A stretch of 63,832 bases of DNA, the filler included, from Reclinomonas americana ATCC 50394 (lineage: Eukaryota): NCBI GenBank assembly GCA_048213135.1. It is 15 parts of 15 records of this genome, joined end to end, with 100 filler letters (N's around TTAATTAATTAA, not from the genome) between each part and the next. Parts side by side here need not be neighbours in the genome. Positions count along the whole stretch, not along the records: positions 17,915 to 24,494 come from AFZH01020948.1; positions 24,595 to 26,996 come from AFZH01020949.1; positions 27,097 to 32,541 come from AFZH01020950.1; positions 32,642 to 38,654 come from AFZH01020951.1; 11 more parts are not named here. One strand, written 5' to 3'. A program made the position numbers and the translations under genes. How positions within the stretch are numbered: position 1 is the stretch's first letter; each line of letters opens with the position of its first letter. A model generated the notes under the pieces. It searched no databases and had not been told where the DNA came from. It saw only the letters and a list, made by a program, of their open reading frames with translations. Below are positions 21,201 to 33,839 of this stretch, one piece after another.

Positions 21201-24200
21201 TCGCGCGGCTCCGGCAACTTTGCTGCTCTCGTATTACCACCAGGTAAGATCGATGGACTGCAGTTATTGTTTTCTTTCTTGTTGACCTTGTCGTCATAGA
21301 CGAGTCGCCGACGGCTGCGCGTGGTTCTGGAACATTCACACAAGATGCAAGCCCTCGAGGTACACTTCTTCGCCTTTCTCTTTCAACTAAAGCGCGTGCA
21401 CTGACTGTTCCGCTCTCAAAAGGCGCACTTTTGACTCGTGGATCCGGTACTTTCCAGCCGGCAGGTATGTGGCGTGTCCCCTTCAGCGAGTGCATGGAAG
21501 ACTCTGTTCTCACACCTCTCTTTTCCAGCACGTGGATCAGGCACATTCACCCTGCCAGGTGCGGTACTGAGACACATGTGCCCCGTCTCTCTGACTCGGC
21601 CCTCACTGACTGATTGCTGCAGCTGATGCTGGTGCTCGCGGCTCTGGCCCCTTTGCGCTTCTCCTGCTTCCACCAGGTTCGTTTCTCACAGTCCGAGCGT
21701 CTTGCATAGCTACAATCTCACACGCCCCCGCTACACAGAAGACGAAGAATCGAATAGTGGCGCTGGCGTGCGCGATTCAGGCACCTTCCAAGCAGTACCC
21801 GACAGCCCATCAGGTGGGTCCTCGCCGTCGCCAGTCGCGTCTCTTCGCTGCTTGCTCTGACTGTGTCAATGAAACAGAGTCTCCAACCGCGGCTGCCGGC
21901 TCGCGAGGTTCTGCCAGATTACGACCACCAGGTAGTCAGAGACACGCGAACCGCTGCTCGTCTTGTTTTCCCTGCCTCTCACTGGCATGCTGGCAGTTCC
22001 ACCGCCTCGTCGTTCGGCGACGTATGCACAACCTGTTGCTGGAGGAGCTTGTGCGTGCCGGATCCCTATTTCTCTCTCCTGTCCTCCGCCTTCCACCTCA
22101 CCACAGTTGTGCGCGCAGCGGCAGGCGAAGAAGCCGGCTACCGCGGCTCAGGCTCATTTCCTGCATTTTCCATTCCTTCCGGTACGTACGCCTTTCTCCA
22201 CGCCCATGCATGACACCCGCGTCATTTACTCATACTGGTGCAACAGAAGGCGAGGCAAGTGCGCGGAGCTCCGGGACATTTTCTCCTGTCGTCTCGCAGT
22301 CATCTGGTTCGTTCGATGCACCTTCTTGTGCGTCGTCGTGAATGACTATCTCGATTCACCATGATGTGATCCTGCAGAGGATGAGAGGCTACGTGGCTCG
22401 GGCGTATTTACCGCGCTGTCGGGTCTGTGCATGCTGCTCCGTCACCGGCCTGAACCATTTCTCATTAATTGCCAAAAAAACAGAGACTACATCACCGCGT
22501 GGTTCAGGCACTTTCAGACCACCAGGTTCAGTGCTGATAGCACGCACCATCTTCCGATTTCATCGTCCTCACGACTATTCTTGATGCAGTTCCACCACCC
22601 CGTGGATCGGGAAACTTTGCCGGTCTCGGTTCGTCTGACTGTTGTTGGTTTTATTTTGGTTGTTTGTTTTCTCACCAGCCTGTGTGCCATGCAGACGGTG
22701 CTGGCAGTCGTGGATCGGGAGTATTTAATGGTGAACATTGTCTTTTGTCAATCACGTGTCTGCATCACCATCTCAACCAACCCCCACACTCCTGCAGGAC
22801 AATCGTCGCTGTTGCCCGGCTCTCGTGACTCTGGCACGTTTGCGGAGGTCACCGCACCTGCTGGTACGTTTCATTCTCAAAATGTGGAGCCCCCCACGCA
22901 GTGCTCACTCTCTCCTGAGCAGACGGGCAAGCATCGCGCAAGTCTGCTTCGTTTTCACAGCCGCTGGTTGTTGAAGAGCAAGGCAAGGATGCAGCCGCGA
23001 CGACTCGATGTGACTGCTGCTGACATGCTCTTCCTTAATCTCGCACAGAACATGAACTGCAGCCCAGCCACAGTGAGCCGAATGTGACCAAGTCCCTGGG
23101 CAAGAGACCAGCGTCAGGTTCTGTCGCACTCTTCCGCCCTCTCTGTCTCTCTCTCGCCTTTCCCGTGCTCATCCCACTCGCAGTCCCATCCTTTACCGAA
23201 TTGCATGTGGCGCCCGATATGCACGAGAGCACCACAACCGGTGAGCTGCTTGACAAACTCATCGTCGTTATTTTCCAAAAAGTCGCTGACGCGACCTGCA
23301 GGTTCTGAGTCGTCGTCCACCAACCTCTCCGCGCCGCAAGATCCTCCGCAGAGTCTGCGTGCCGCTGACAGCGGTGCGTGTGTGTGTGCTTTGTGTGTGA
23401 CGACCATTCATAGCCTGTGTGCTCACTTCCACTCCAGTAACATTGCCGGCGACGGTGGTGGTGGAGGAACCGAGTCGCCAGCGAGCCGGAACACTCCCGT
23501 CAGCGCATCTGTCTATCGACGGCTCTGTCACACCACCTGGTGAGTGTGTCTCGTGCCTCAGTTTTCGTGTGTGTGTGTCATTGCTCAAATTCGTGAATGT
23601 AGGCGTCGATACAGTGTTCGCCTCGGGCGATGGCAGATTACCTCGCGAGCGGTCGTTCACCACTGGAAGTGCGGGGCGTGGTGGTGCCCCGAGCTTTGAC
23701 GGCTCCAGTCTGTCGTCTTTCCGCCGCTCTAGCATCGGTTCAAATGGTACGCTGTGGCGCAGAAGCTTGTCGATCCCTGCACGAACACTAATGTCGTTGG
23801 TGCGCAGGTGTTGTGTCCGACGGACCGGCATCGGAGGACTCGGATGGTACTTGTGCACTTGCTGCTGTTGCTGCACTCTTGGCGATTCCTGCTTTGCTTA
23901 TGGTGTGCACGTCACAGGGGATCCGGTGGTGGTGGAGGCTGGAAGGACCGTGGCCACGTGGCTGATCTCCAGTTTACCAGAACAGCAATCGCCAACGCCG
24001 TCTTCTCCTTCTGTTGGTACGTGTCGCACGTCTCCCAGTCTTCCCTCTTTCGTCTTGCTCACCCACGACGATTGTAGCCTCTCCACCTCAGTCACCAGAA
24101 GAGACTGAAGGCGGTACGTCGTGTTTTCTCAATCACAGTTGGCATTGCTTCTGTTTCTCACCCAAGAAAACACTAAACAGGCTTGTCGAGACATCCCGGC

Positions 24201-24494
24201 GACTTGCCTGGCTCCTTCATCATCCGCTTGTCGAATCAATCGGCGGCGCCGACTCCCAGATTGCCATCACCGCCTTCAGCTGACCAGTCCCCACCGGGTA
24301 CGGCTGGTGGAGTGAGCGCACGACAGTCGTTGCCAGCAACGGCGGCAGCTCGAAAGAGTATTCCGTCGGTGGTCCCGGCGTTCCGTCCGCGCAGCTTGAG
24401 CATTCGGGCGGGATCGCAGTTTCCAGAACGGTACGCTGCACGCCCATCCCTTCTGTGTTTCTCTCCCCTCACTAGTTTGTGATCTCCGCAGGTT
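18269..24494 (+). CDS. WD40-repeat protein with long S/P/R-rich micro-exon tail (both ends in gaps)
   Basis: Several WD repeats (SASADKTVRLW, TASWDKTAKVW, LRGH..TASGDRTVRVW, EGH..SGDGTIRVWD); frame continues via introns at ~19324-19399 and ~19470-19534 into many short exons. Confidence 0.7.
20924..22863 (+). repeat. About 17 consecutive phase-1 micro-exons each encoding an RGSGTF-like motif
   Basis: Examples: 21529-21558 (30 nt, ARGSGTFTLP), 22484-22525 (42 nt, ETTSPRGSGTFRPP), 22590-22628 (39 nt, VPPPRGSGNFAGL), 22695-22730 (36 nt, DGAGSRGSGVFN), each flanked by AG and GT. Confidence 0.8.
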
Positions 24495-24601
24495 NNNNNN
24501 NNNNNNNNNNNNNNNNNNNNNNNNNNNNNNNNNNNNNNTTAATTAATTAANNNNNNNNNNNNNNNNNNNNNNNNNNNNNNNNNNNNNNNNNNNNCGTCTA
24601 C

Positions 24602-24635
<34 letters not shown>

Positions 24636-24644
24636 GTCAATCTT

Positions 24645-24893
24645 GCCTTTGTCACTGAGCAAGACTTCGCCGCAAAAGCCGCGGCGATCGCACATGAGAC
24701 TGTCGCCGTTCATGCTGCTCGCTTGTGAGTCGGCCTCTTGCTTGTGTGTGAGCTGCAAGAGTGTGTGTGAGAGTGAGAGTGATGCATGCGGAGATGAGGA
24801 GTGAGGCGAAACTTGAAAGTGCAGGCCGTATGCGGAGACGGCAACTCCGGCACCACAGAGACCGATGAGCGCGGCCCATGCAAGCTCCGACAT
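24645..24893 (-). CDS. Vitamin K epoxide reductase (VKOR) family protein, N-terminal part
   Basis: MSELAWAALIGLCGAGVAVSAYGLHFQ|LTHKQ...MCDRRGFCGEVLLSDKG: TM1 followed by the loop cysteine pair and CxxVLxS; the rest is lost in a gap. Confidence 0.65.
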
Positions 24894-25104
24894 TGTGTTG
24901 TGAGAGAAAAAGCGAGGACAGGCTCGGAGACAAGAGAATGAAAGTCCGCGTTTCTCATGTTTGTGGAGAGAAAAGTCAACTGCGTTCACTGTATGTCTCG
25001 TGAGACAGTTTGCGTCTGTGCACTAGATGGCGCGCTGAGAGAGGAGTCGAATGAGCTGCTGTAAGCACCAGGAAACGAAACAGAGCGGGAGAGGTGCGTG
25101 AAAT

Positions 25105-25440
25105 GAGTGAATTGCACCCGTGACGGCGTTCCGCATAAGCCCCGACCTTCCCGCGTAGCAGAAGTTGTGTGATGGGTACCATTTGGTAGCCGGCAGGTTG
25201 AGGCACCTCGAAAAATACGGAACCATGCGGGAGGCGAGTGGCATCGACCGCCGTGATCGACACGGAAACTTCGATATGTCGTGATTTCACCAGCGGCAGC
25301 ACTGCGCATAAGCCCCGACTTTCCCACGTAGCAGCGGGTGTGTGGTGGGTTCTTGCCTGTAGCGGAGCCACTGGCGTACCTCGAAAAATACTAAAGCCCA
25401 CACGAGACGTGTGCCACCGACCACTGTGGTCGACGCAAGA
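25105..25440. repeat. Diverged ~173 bp tandem duplication in the VKOR/Fic divergent intergenic region
   Basis: CGCATAAGCCCCGACyTTCCCrCGTAGCAG at 25132 and 25305; CCTCGAAAAATAC present in both copies. Confidence 0.8.
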
Positions 25441-25501
25441 TGACTTGAAGATCAATTTTCGTCGATCGTCGCGCCACACCTTACACAGCAGCGAGGAGAG
25501 C

Positions 25502-26712
25502 ATGTCTGACGTGCGTTGAAGAGTGCCACTCAGATCACTGATGCTCTCTCCGACTGGTTCCCTCCTGTGTTGTTGCAGGCTTCTGCATCCATGGACTCAG
25601 CTCTTGCTGCCTGCCTGGATATTGGCCCCACAAGCTGCGCGTTCTCGCGCACGCTGACTGCTGTGGGCGGCGACGTCGCCCTGTCCACATGCCTTGCGTT
25701 CGCCTCGGACCTGTTGGAGGAGGCGCAAGCGCTCTCTCAGCTGCTGAGGCGCTACGAGGAGCTGCGAGAAACGCACTCTGCTGTTCACACAGTGCTCGTA
25801 CGCAAGACGGTGGCGCGTTTTGTCTTTGCCAGCAACAGGATCGAGTCCGCGGGCACGGTTGAACTGGACGAGACCGAGAGCATCTGCACTGGCGTGCGAC
25901 CGCCGTCGGTGATGGAGATCCAGTACGCGGAGACGATGCAGGCGTGGCAGCTGCTTCGAGAACACGGCCAGGCCAAGGCGGTCCGCGAACAGTCGTTTGA
26001 CGTCTTCATGCTCAAGAGATGGCATCGCGAGCTGTGTGACGGTTTCGCAGGCTATCTGGCGGGGGAGTTCCGCTCTGGCGCCAGCTTCACCACGGCATGT
26101 AATGGCCGGCCGCACATCTACCCGCACCACAGCATCGTCCCCGCCACCCTGGAGTCATTTTGCAGCGTCACGCACAAGCTGGCACGGTCGATCTCCTCCA
26201 CGTACCCCGATCCACTGGCGCCCGAGGCAATTGCCACGACGTTTGCTCTGGCCGCCTTCGTCCAGTTCTACTTTGTCGACCTGCATCCCTTTGTCGACGG
26301 GAACGGTCGCATGTGTCGATTCCTCAGCCAGCGCATCCTGGACTCCATCCTTCCACTTCCGCCACCCCAGTTCACCGACCGCACAGAGTATATCGGCGCG
26401 CTGGAGGATGGGCGGATGGCCGACACGCCGGCTGCGGCTCCCCTGCCACTGGCGAAGCTGCTGCTGAAGGAGGCTCTGTCGACGTACGAGTGGGCTGTCG
26501 AGCATGCCGCCGACGTACCAGACGTCGTGCTGTGCGGATTCGACCGACGCAGCTTCCGCGACTCGATCGCTGCAGAAGCCAGTGTGGTGGGCGAGCTGGC
26601 CGACGAGTTGGTGGGATTGTTTGACGCCATGCAGGCCGACGAGACCATGGATGTGGAGCGGAACGGCAAGAAGCTCCGTCTGAAGCGGCTATTTGATTTG
26701 TCAGCAATCTAA
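25502..26712 (+). CDS. Fic/DOC family protein (putative AMPylase)
   Basis: Intact HPFVDGNGRMCR catalytic motif; upstream SNRIES resembles the (S/T)xxxE(G/N) inhibitory helix; one 1.1 kb exon, with a possible 9-nt first exon at 25502 (alternative ATG at 25591). Confidence 0.9.
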
Positions 26713-27479
26713 GCCGCCGCGGTTCTCGTTGCTTGACTTTCACCTGCTGCATTTGGTGTATGAGTGAAACTGTGAAGATGATCACGCACAATGCAGGGGG
26801 GATGAAGATACCTGGACGAGCGGAGAGATCGCTTCAACAAATGCACATAAACAGCGCTGCTGGTACGCTTGGCGTTTTATTGCGACAAGTGTAGGCAATC
26901 TGTGGCGGCGCAGTCATGTCTTGTTGCCGGCTGTTCTGTTGGCCTCCTGCAAGCAGTCGGGAATGAGACGCGGTGGAGAACTTGAACAGCAAAGGTNNNN
27001 NNNNNNNNNNNNNNNNNNNNNNNNNNNNNNNNNNNNNNNNTTAATTAATTAANNNNNNNNNNNNNNNNNNNNNNNNNNNNNNNNNNNNNNNNNNNNAGAT
27101 GGAGGAGGAGAAGAGAGTTGAGCGAGGTGTGTGAGCACCTGCCGAGTCAGCCGCTGGGCGAGTCTGTGGTATTGTGAGAGGGACGCCAGAGGGGCCGGCC
27201 AGCAGTCTGTTTTGCGAGCGTGTGTGAGTGTGAGTGTGTGTGTGTGAGAGAGAGCTCATCAACTGCCCGAGGCGTAACTTGGAGATGTCCTTTGGAAGAG
27301 GGACTTGCTGTGAGGAGGGGGTGAGGGAGAGGGTTCACAGGAGGCCTAATGGAGCAGGGACGCGCGCAACTCGTCGTCGGCGCGGCGCTTCAGTCATTCA
27401 AAATCTCAACGTCCGATAAAATTTCCGTTGTGACAACTGTGGAGTAATCGACGTCGGACGCATCCACCACCGACACTGT

Positions 27480-28396
27480 GTTAGCAACACATGTCCCTAG
27501 GTGGTCAGAGAGTTGGATCGAGTGGCAGGGCCTCGGCAGACAATGGTGGTGCTCCACGGCCCTCTTGGCTTTGGGGGCGCCGGCACCCACATATAATCTC
27601 GATTTTGATCGATATCGCCTCCGTGCTCCTCTCGATAGTCTGTGGCATTGTCGGTGGTGTTGCGGAAACGCGCCAGCGCGTGCTCGGTTTGTTTTTCACG
27701 GGAATTATGTGCGGGGGCTTGCGTACATTAACAGCCCTGCAACGAAGGCACATGCAAGCCGTCCTTGGCACGAACCAATGGCGTCGGGCTGTACATCGGC
27801 CTGATCCGCCGCCAAATGACGGGACTCTGTGCGACGCACTGTCGTACCTCCGCAACGACGAGCGTTCCCTGCCCCCAATGGCTGCGATCGAGACCGCGCT
27901 CCCAATGGCCATTTCCTGCATCTTGGGCGACCACTTCCCACACTCCAAGATCGCCGAGGCCGACAAACAAACGCTGGCGATCGTCACTTGGGGGTCCAGC
28001 AATACCGTAGGAGAACCCGAGCAATGGCCGACAGACGCTGGCGGTCTGACAGCCCTCCGCGAAGTCGAGCACGGGTCGCTGACCAGCGTGGTCATGCACA
28101 CAGCTTCTGTCGAGCAGATGCAGGAGGTGCGAGCGGGAAAGGCGCATAAGCGCTAGTGGGGAAACTTGAATGTTACCAGTGGACTCGTCAAAGGACACAT
28201 CGAGCGCCGGGCACGGTTTGGATCCCTCGTGAAACTTGTACAAGGCGAAAGGCAGCTGGCGGATGCCCCGCGGGCGAGTGAGGACAACACAAGACAAACA
28301 GAGGAGCGATCAACAGCTCACCTGAAGGGCCACAAGTGCCTGCTCCTCAACGAGGAGAGGTCGGCGAGCGAGACGGCGAAGAAGTTGAAGATTTGA
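27480..28396 (+). pseudogene. Possible decayed intronless ORF or mobile-element relic
   Basis: ORF 27491-28156 continues in frame past a TAG into 28166-28396; no microsatellites or introns, unlike neighbouring genes; no recognisable domain. Confidence 0.25.
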
Positions 28397-29068
28397 CCGA
28401 TAAGTCGCCTCGTCGGCAACGCTTGCGACTCCCTCGGCTTCCTTCAACAAGTCGGCCAGAGATATGTTGAAAAAGGCTTTGACGTCGACTTGTAGAGCGC
28501 GAAGAATACGCTGAGCCCTCTGAAACCAACTATGAGAAAGACGACGACATCGGCACCGAAAGGATATTGCTCACCTTCTCTGCGTCCATATTTGTACTCT
28601 CCATGTCATCTTGGCCGTAGTCTTCACAGGCAGACGATCCGGTGACACGGCAAAAATTGACGCACGACGACGGGCGAGCCGAGGGTCCATCGCACGAACG
28701 AATTGGAGGCAAGCTTGAGGCACATTCCGAGAGTGGCGACGATGGCCGATATCGCCGACTCAAGAACATCGCAGTCAGCACACGCGGTATGTATGGATAC
28801 ATGCGAATGAATTACCTGTAAGCTGTGACAGGATCAGACACAGTGGTCTGATGAGGACGGATTGGGCCGACGTGGTTGGCGTTGAGTTCTACCGAAAGAA
28901 CATCAGCGTGAGCATTCGCAGAGGGATCTCACGCACATCAACAGAAGATCCATCTCAAACCAGCCATGTGAGTGGGAGAACTGAACACCCTCCGCGCAAG
29001 ACAAGATGCGAATTGATAAAAACGATGGATCAAACGGACAGAAGAAGGCAACATTACACAAGCGTTTG

Positions 29069-30106
29069 TCACCACGACGCCAACATTGTGTCGGCAAGCC
29101 AGTGATGTGGCCGCCGCAGCATGTAGTCCAACACTTGATCCTCACAGTCCTCCCACCGGCGCCGAACAAACTCGCGCAACAGAAAGGGAGCAGCAAAGAG
29201 CGAAGCACATGCAGTGGTGAAGCTCATCATGGTCAACCGCGGCGAGTAGAACACTGGTACGAGCACAGAGTAGAAGAGTACAAGCTGCAGTGGTCGCGAA
29301 CACTTGTGAACCCTCAAAAACGAGTGCCACGCCGACAATCCCGACAGCCGTAGCCGAGCCACCAAAGATGGTTGCAAGGACACCTCCGCTACGGCCACGC
29401 TCTCGGCTGCTGCCGCCGCCGCCGCCGGTGTCGACTCACCCGCCAGTGTCATGCTGACGTCCCACACACTCTGCAGCAAACTACTCAGTGGTGTCGGCAT
29501 CAACACGGTGAGCATGGCCTGCAGTGTGGTGGCCAGCCACTGCGAATGCAGCAACTCGGTGAGGACGATGCGCACACTGGCAAGCTCTGTGCAATGCGAC
29601 TCCTCACCGACGTCGACTCGGAAAACAGCAAGTGCCGCAGCCGACGGCTTCCCAGGCCGAGCCCGCGTTCGCCAAAGCGCACCGCAATCACGGCGACCAG
29701 GGTGATGAGGAACGAGTAAAGCCGCGGGCGACGCCGAAATGCTTGCAAGGCCACCACCAACTGGTGCGGGTCGGTGGCCACGCGAGCAATGGTGGCGATC
29801 TCCCACGCACGCACGAGGCGTTGCAGAAAGACTGCATGCGACCACTTGCCAGTCGACTCCTTGCCAGAGGACGCTGATGAAGAGGAATCAGTGGATAAGA
29901 GGAAGCAGCCAGAGAGAGCTATTTCTCTCCCTCTATCTCACACACACACTCACTCACTCACTCACTCGCTCTCTCTCTCTCTCTCTCTCTCGCTCTCTCT
30001 CGCTCGCTCGCTCTTCTCAGAGTGAGTTTGTTCGTGAGATAGACTTCGTGACCCTGAGCAACTCTAGAAGAGAGGAGTGTGCGCCAAGAAGAGCACTCTC
30101 TCCCCT

Positions 30107-30144
<38 letters not shown>

Positions 30145-31491
30145 CCAACAGGCTCCGACAGCACGCGCACCACCAGCGACAGGCCCTTCAACAGACCGAT
30201 GCCAACCGCGGTGGCGTAGGCGCCAGAGAGTGACGACCATACAATGTGAGCCACGTGCTGCACAAGGCCGTCAATACACACAGGCAGTGAAGCTCAAATC
30301 CTCCCATTCCGCCCATAACGCAACTCGAATGCGCGCAGACAACACCATCCTGCGTCGTCGACTGGCCATTTCGTTCTGGAGACGACAACAACTCTCGTGA
30401 CTCGACATGCCTGCGTGCAACGCAGCGTGACGGAGCTGCCAGCGTTGGAGTGAACGATCAGGGCGATGAACGAACCCTCACTGCGCAGCACCAGCGGACA
30501 CGGCCACAACCAATCCTGCGTCGACAACTTGCGCCATCGCCGGCACACCTACTCCACGATGAGTACTCAATTAGTGAGTGGCAGCGCCAGCAACAAAGGC
30601 GTAACTCTCGCACACCGACCCAGCGATCGCTTGTCGAGGAAACCAAACACCGTGTCGAGGACCTCATCCGGCAACGCCTCCAGCGGCGCACAATCCCACG
30701 CCGGATCGCGACCCACCAATCGAACCCACTCTGCGCCATGCCGAGTCACCAGAAAAGCAACACCAAAACGCAACACAACACAATGAGCAGCACGCACCAA
30801 TCGTGTCCACCGAGTCCGCGTCTCCACAGTCATCCTCCGTATCCTCACCCGCGGCCATCTGCTCCTCCGCATTCCACAGATCCTGTGTGTATGCGTGAGA
30901 TGAGTGGAGGACGAGCAGGGGAGGGGAGGGAGGGAGTTGACTGTCGACGCGCACCCACACACGCAGTTGCACGCCCCGCATCAACCACCACAACCAGCAC
31001 TCCCGCGCAAACTGCACCGGATCGCGACGACGCAGCAGCGAGTGGAGTCGCCGACGCACTGCTCGCGTCTGTCGCTGTTGTCTCCACAGCACCAGTCGCA
31101 CCAGTGACGAAGACGGCGTGGGCGGGCGGTAGTGTCGGAGAGGCCACGAGGCGCACGCGGAGGAGTGCGTGGAGGTGAATGCGCGAAGCGCACGGTACAT
31201 GCACTGGCGGTTGAGCCACATGTGGAACCAGTGCGCCGCGTGTACGAGTGCGTTGTTGGCGCGCGAGTACGCTGCTCGTGCTCCAGACAACATCGAGTGG
31301 GCGGAGATGTTGAGCGTCGCGTGTCCTCTCGTCTCTTTAGGCGGCGGAAGAATGGTGAACGTTTGGTTCTTGTGGTGTAGGGGAGCAGCTACTTCTTCTG
31401 CTTGTTGTTTGAGATGCAGCGATGTGCACGACGTCGCTGCGGAAGAGTCCATCTCGACGTTCGACGTTTTGCGCGAAGTCGTGTGCCTCAT
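29069..31491 (-). CDS. F-box domain protein (multi-exon, ends uncertain)
   Basis: LEALPDEVLDTVFGFLDKRSLGRCAR|VCRRWRKLSTQDWLW at about 30500-30690 is a clear F-box. Confidence 0.65.
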
Positions 31492-31776
31492 CGGCGTGCT
31501 TCACTCAACAGTAGTCGCGTCTATCGTATGCAGGAGGAGGCCTGTTGCACCGCTGCTGCTGCAGACGCACAAAGCATTGTGTGAGACAAGATACAAAGCT
31601 TTTGCGCCGAAGTGTGCGTGCGGTGGTCGGCCATGGCCCTGCGTTTCCACTGGCACTTGCCAGCCGCCGCCGTGCACACTATAAGAGCGTTCCGTCGTGA
31701 ATGGATTGATGAACCGATGAATACTTTCACTTTTGCTTATCATCATATAAGAGAGGGGGTTTGTCGCAAAAAAAAA

Positions 31777-32182
31777 ATGGAGCTCACACAACTGGCCAAC
31801 ACGGAGGCGCCTCTGGAGCGGTACATGCTGCTGGCGAAAGGACGCGGTGCAGCAGGTGTTGGTGAGACATGCCGACCAAAGTGGCACACACTCACTCACT
31901 CACACACAGTCACACTCTCTCACACTCACACATGCATTCACACACGCACACACACTCGCATTGTGTGTCTCTCATTTTGTGTAAAATGCTCATGCTATTC
32001 TTTGTTGTCCTTCTCATCTCTCTGTGTCAGTGACTGTGCTTAAGGAGGCTGTGCAAGACCCCGATGTGCTTGTCTTTGGCGAGCTGTTGGACTTGCCGAG
32101 TGTGAAGGAGGTGTGTGTGTGTGTGTGCGTGAGAGGGAGAGAGAGAGTGTGTGTGTGTGTGAGAGAGATGAGAGGCTGACTG

Positions 32183-32256
<74 letters not shown>

Positions 32257-32641
32257 TGACTGCATTGGCGTGTGTGTGTGTTTGACAAGTTGCCTGAGGC
32301 GACGCCGGAGGTGGTGTTGGCGCGGATCTTTGCGTATGGACGGTTCAGGGATTTGGTTGGTGAGTGTGTGCGAGGGAGGGGGGAGAGAAGAGAGACGAGT
32401 GGGAAGAGGGGAGAGAGATGGTGAGAGATAGCACTTGTACATGTGCATGTGAGTGTGTGTATGTCTCTGAGTGAGAGGCAGCAATCTTGTGACTATATTT
32501 GTGTGCAAGAGACAGGGAAGCTGAGAGAGACAAAGAGAGAGNNNNNNNNNNNNNNNNNNNNNNNNNNNNNNNNNNNNNNNNNNNNTTAATTAATTAANNN
32601 NNNNNNNNNNNNNNNNNNNNNNNNNNNNNNNNNNNNNNNNN

Positions 32642-32696
<55 letters not shown>

Positions 32697-33638
32697 CCTT
32701 TCCCCCTCTTCCCATTTTCTCCTCTCCCTCCTCCCCTTTGTCTTCCCCTTCCCCTTCCCCTTCCCCTTCCCCTTCCCTTCCCCTCTCCCTCCCTCTTCCC
32801 CTTCCCCTCTTCCCCTCTTCCCCCCTTTCCCCCTTTCTCCCCTTCCCCCCTTTCCCTTTTCCCCCTCTCTCACCCTTCCCCCTTCTCCCTCCTTCCCCTC
32901 CTCAGAGCACGCCGGCCAAGTCCCCGATGTGAGCGCCTCGGCCCTGAAGAAACTGCGATTGCTTACCGTCGTCACGCTGTCGGTGCAGTCCAGGGTTGCG
33001 TGCTCCGCTGCTTCTCCACCCCTCCTCTCTCCCAACACTCACACACGCTCCACAGATCCTCCCCTACGACCTGCTGCGACAAGAACTCGACATTCCCACC
33101 ATTCGTGAACTGGAAGACCTGCTGATTGACGGCATCTACCGTGGCGTGTTCCGCGGCAAGCTCGACCAGCGACACGCGCGAATGGAGATTCACGACTCGA
33201 TTGGTCGCGATGTGCAGCCCGAGTTGCTGGAGACTCTGATTGGCGACTTTGCTGTAGTGTTGCGTCTCTGCACTTCTCTTTTCATCCCCAAATCTTCTCC
33301 ACCACTCACCACCATCACCCCTTCAGATGCGCTTCGAGCGGCACACTTCTCGCGCGTATCGGCGAGCAGGCAAACAAGTCACGTGAGCTGTTCAACTCGG
33401 CGCAGGCGAGATCGGATGCGCTGAGCAAGAAGGTCGACGAGTACCGCAACCGAAGTGAGGGCGGTTCGAGCATGGGCGCGATTGCTGGCGACGATGACGA
33501 GATGCACAATCTGGACGTGCAAGAAGACGACTTTGCACACCCACGGTGCGATCATTTCCAACCCCCCTCTCTCTGCCACTCCTCCACTTCTCGCTCATGT
33601 CTCTTCATTTTGCGTGCAGTGGCAAGGGACGGCGGTAA
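31777..33638 (+). CDS. COPS7: COP9 signalosome subunit 7 (PCI domain; spans a gap)
   Basis: LERYMLLAK..VLKEAVQDPDVLVFGELLDLPSVKE..ARIFAYG..LKKLRLLTVVTL..ILPYDLLRQELDIPTIRELEDLLIDGIYRGVFRGKLDQ..IGRDV. Confidence 0.92.
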
Positions 33639-33839
33639 ATCACCACATCCACGATAGGATGCTTGCACCGTGTCACGCATCCATGTCGTCGTCCACAACA
33701 AATGTACACCGCCCATGTCTGCAGACGCTTACATTTTGTTCTTAGCTACTCCGAACAGCACAGTAGGAGAGAGTGGGAGAAGAGAGAGATGGAGGTAGAG
33801 GATATGGTGCAGAGGGGAGAAAAAGAAAAGGTATTCACA

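Noticed and set aside
30376..30410. Second GC-AG intron candidate in the F-box gene
   Set aside because: The frame reads through without it and no conserved sequence forces the junction
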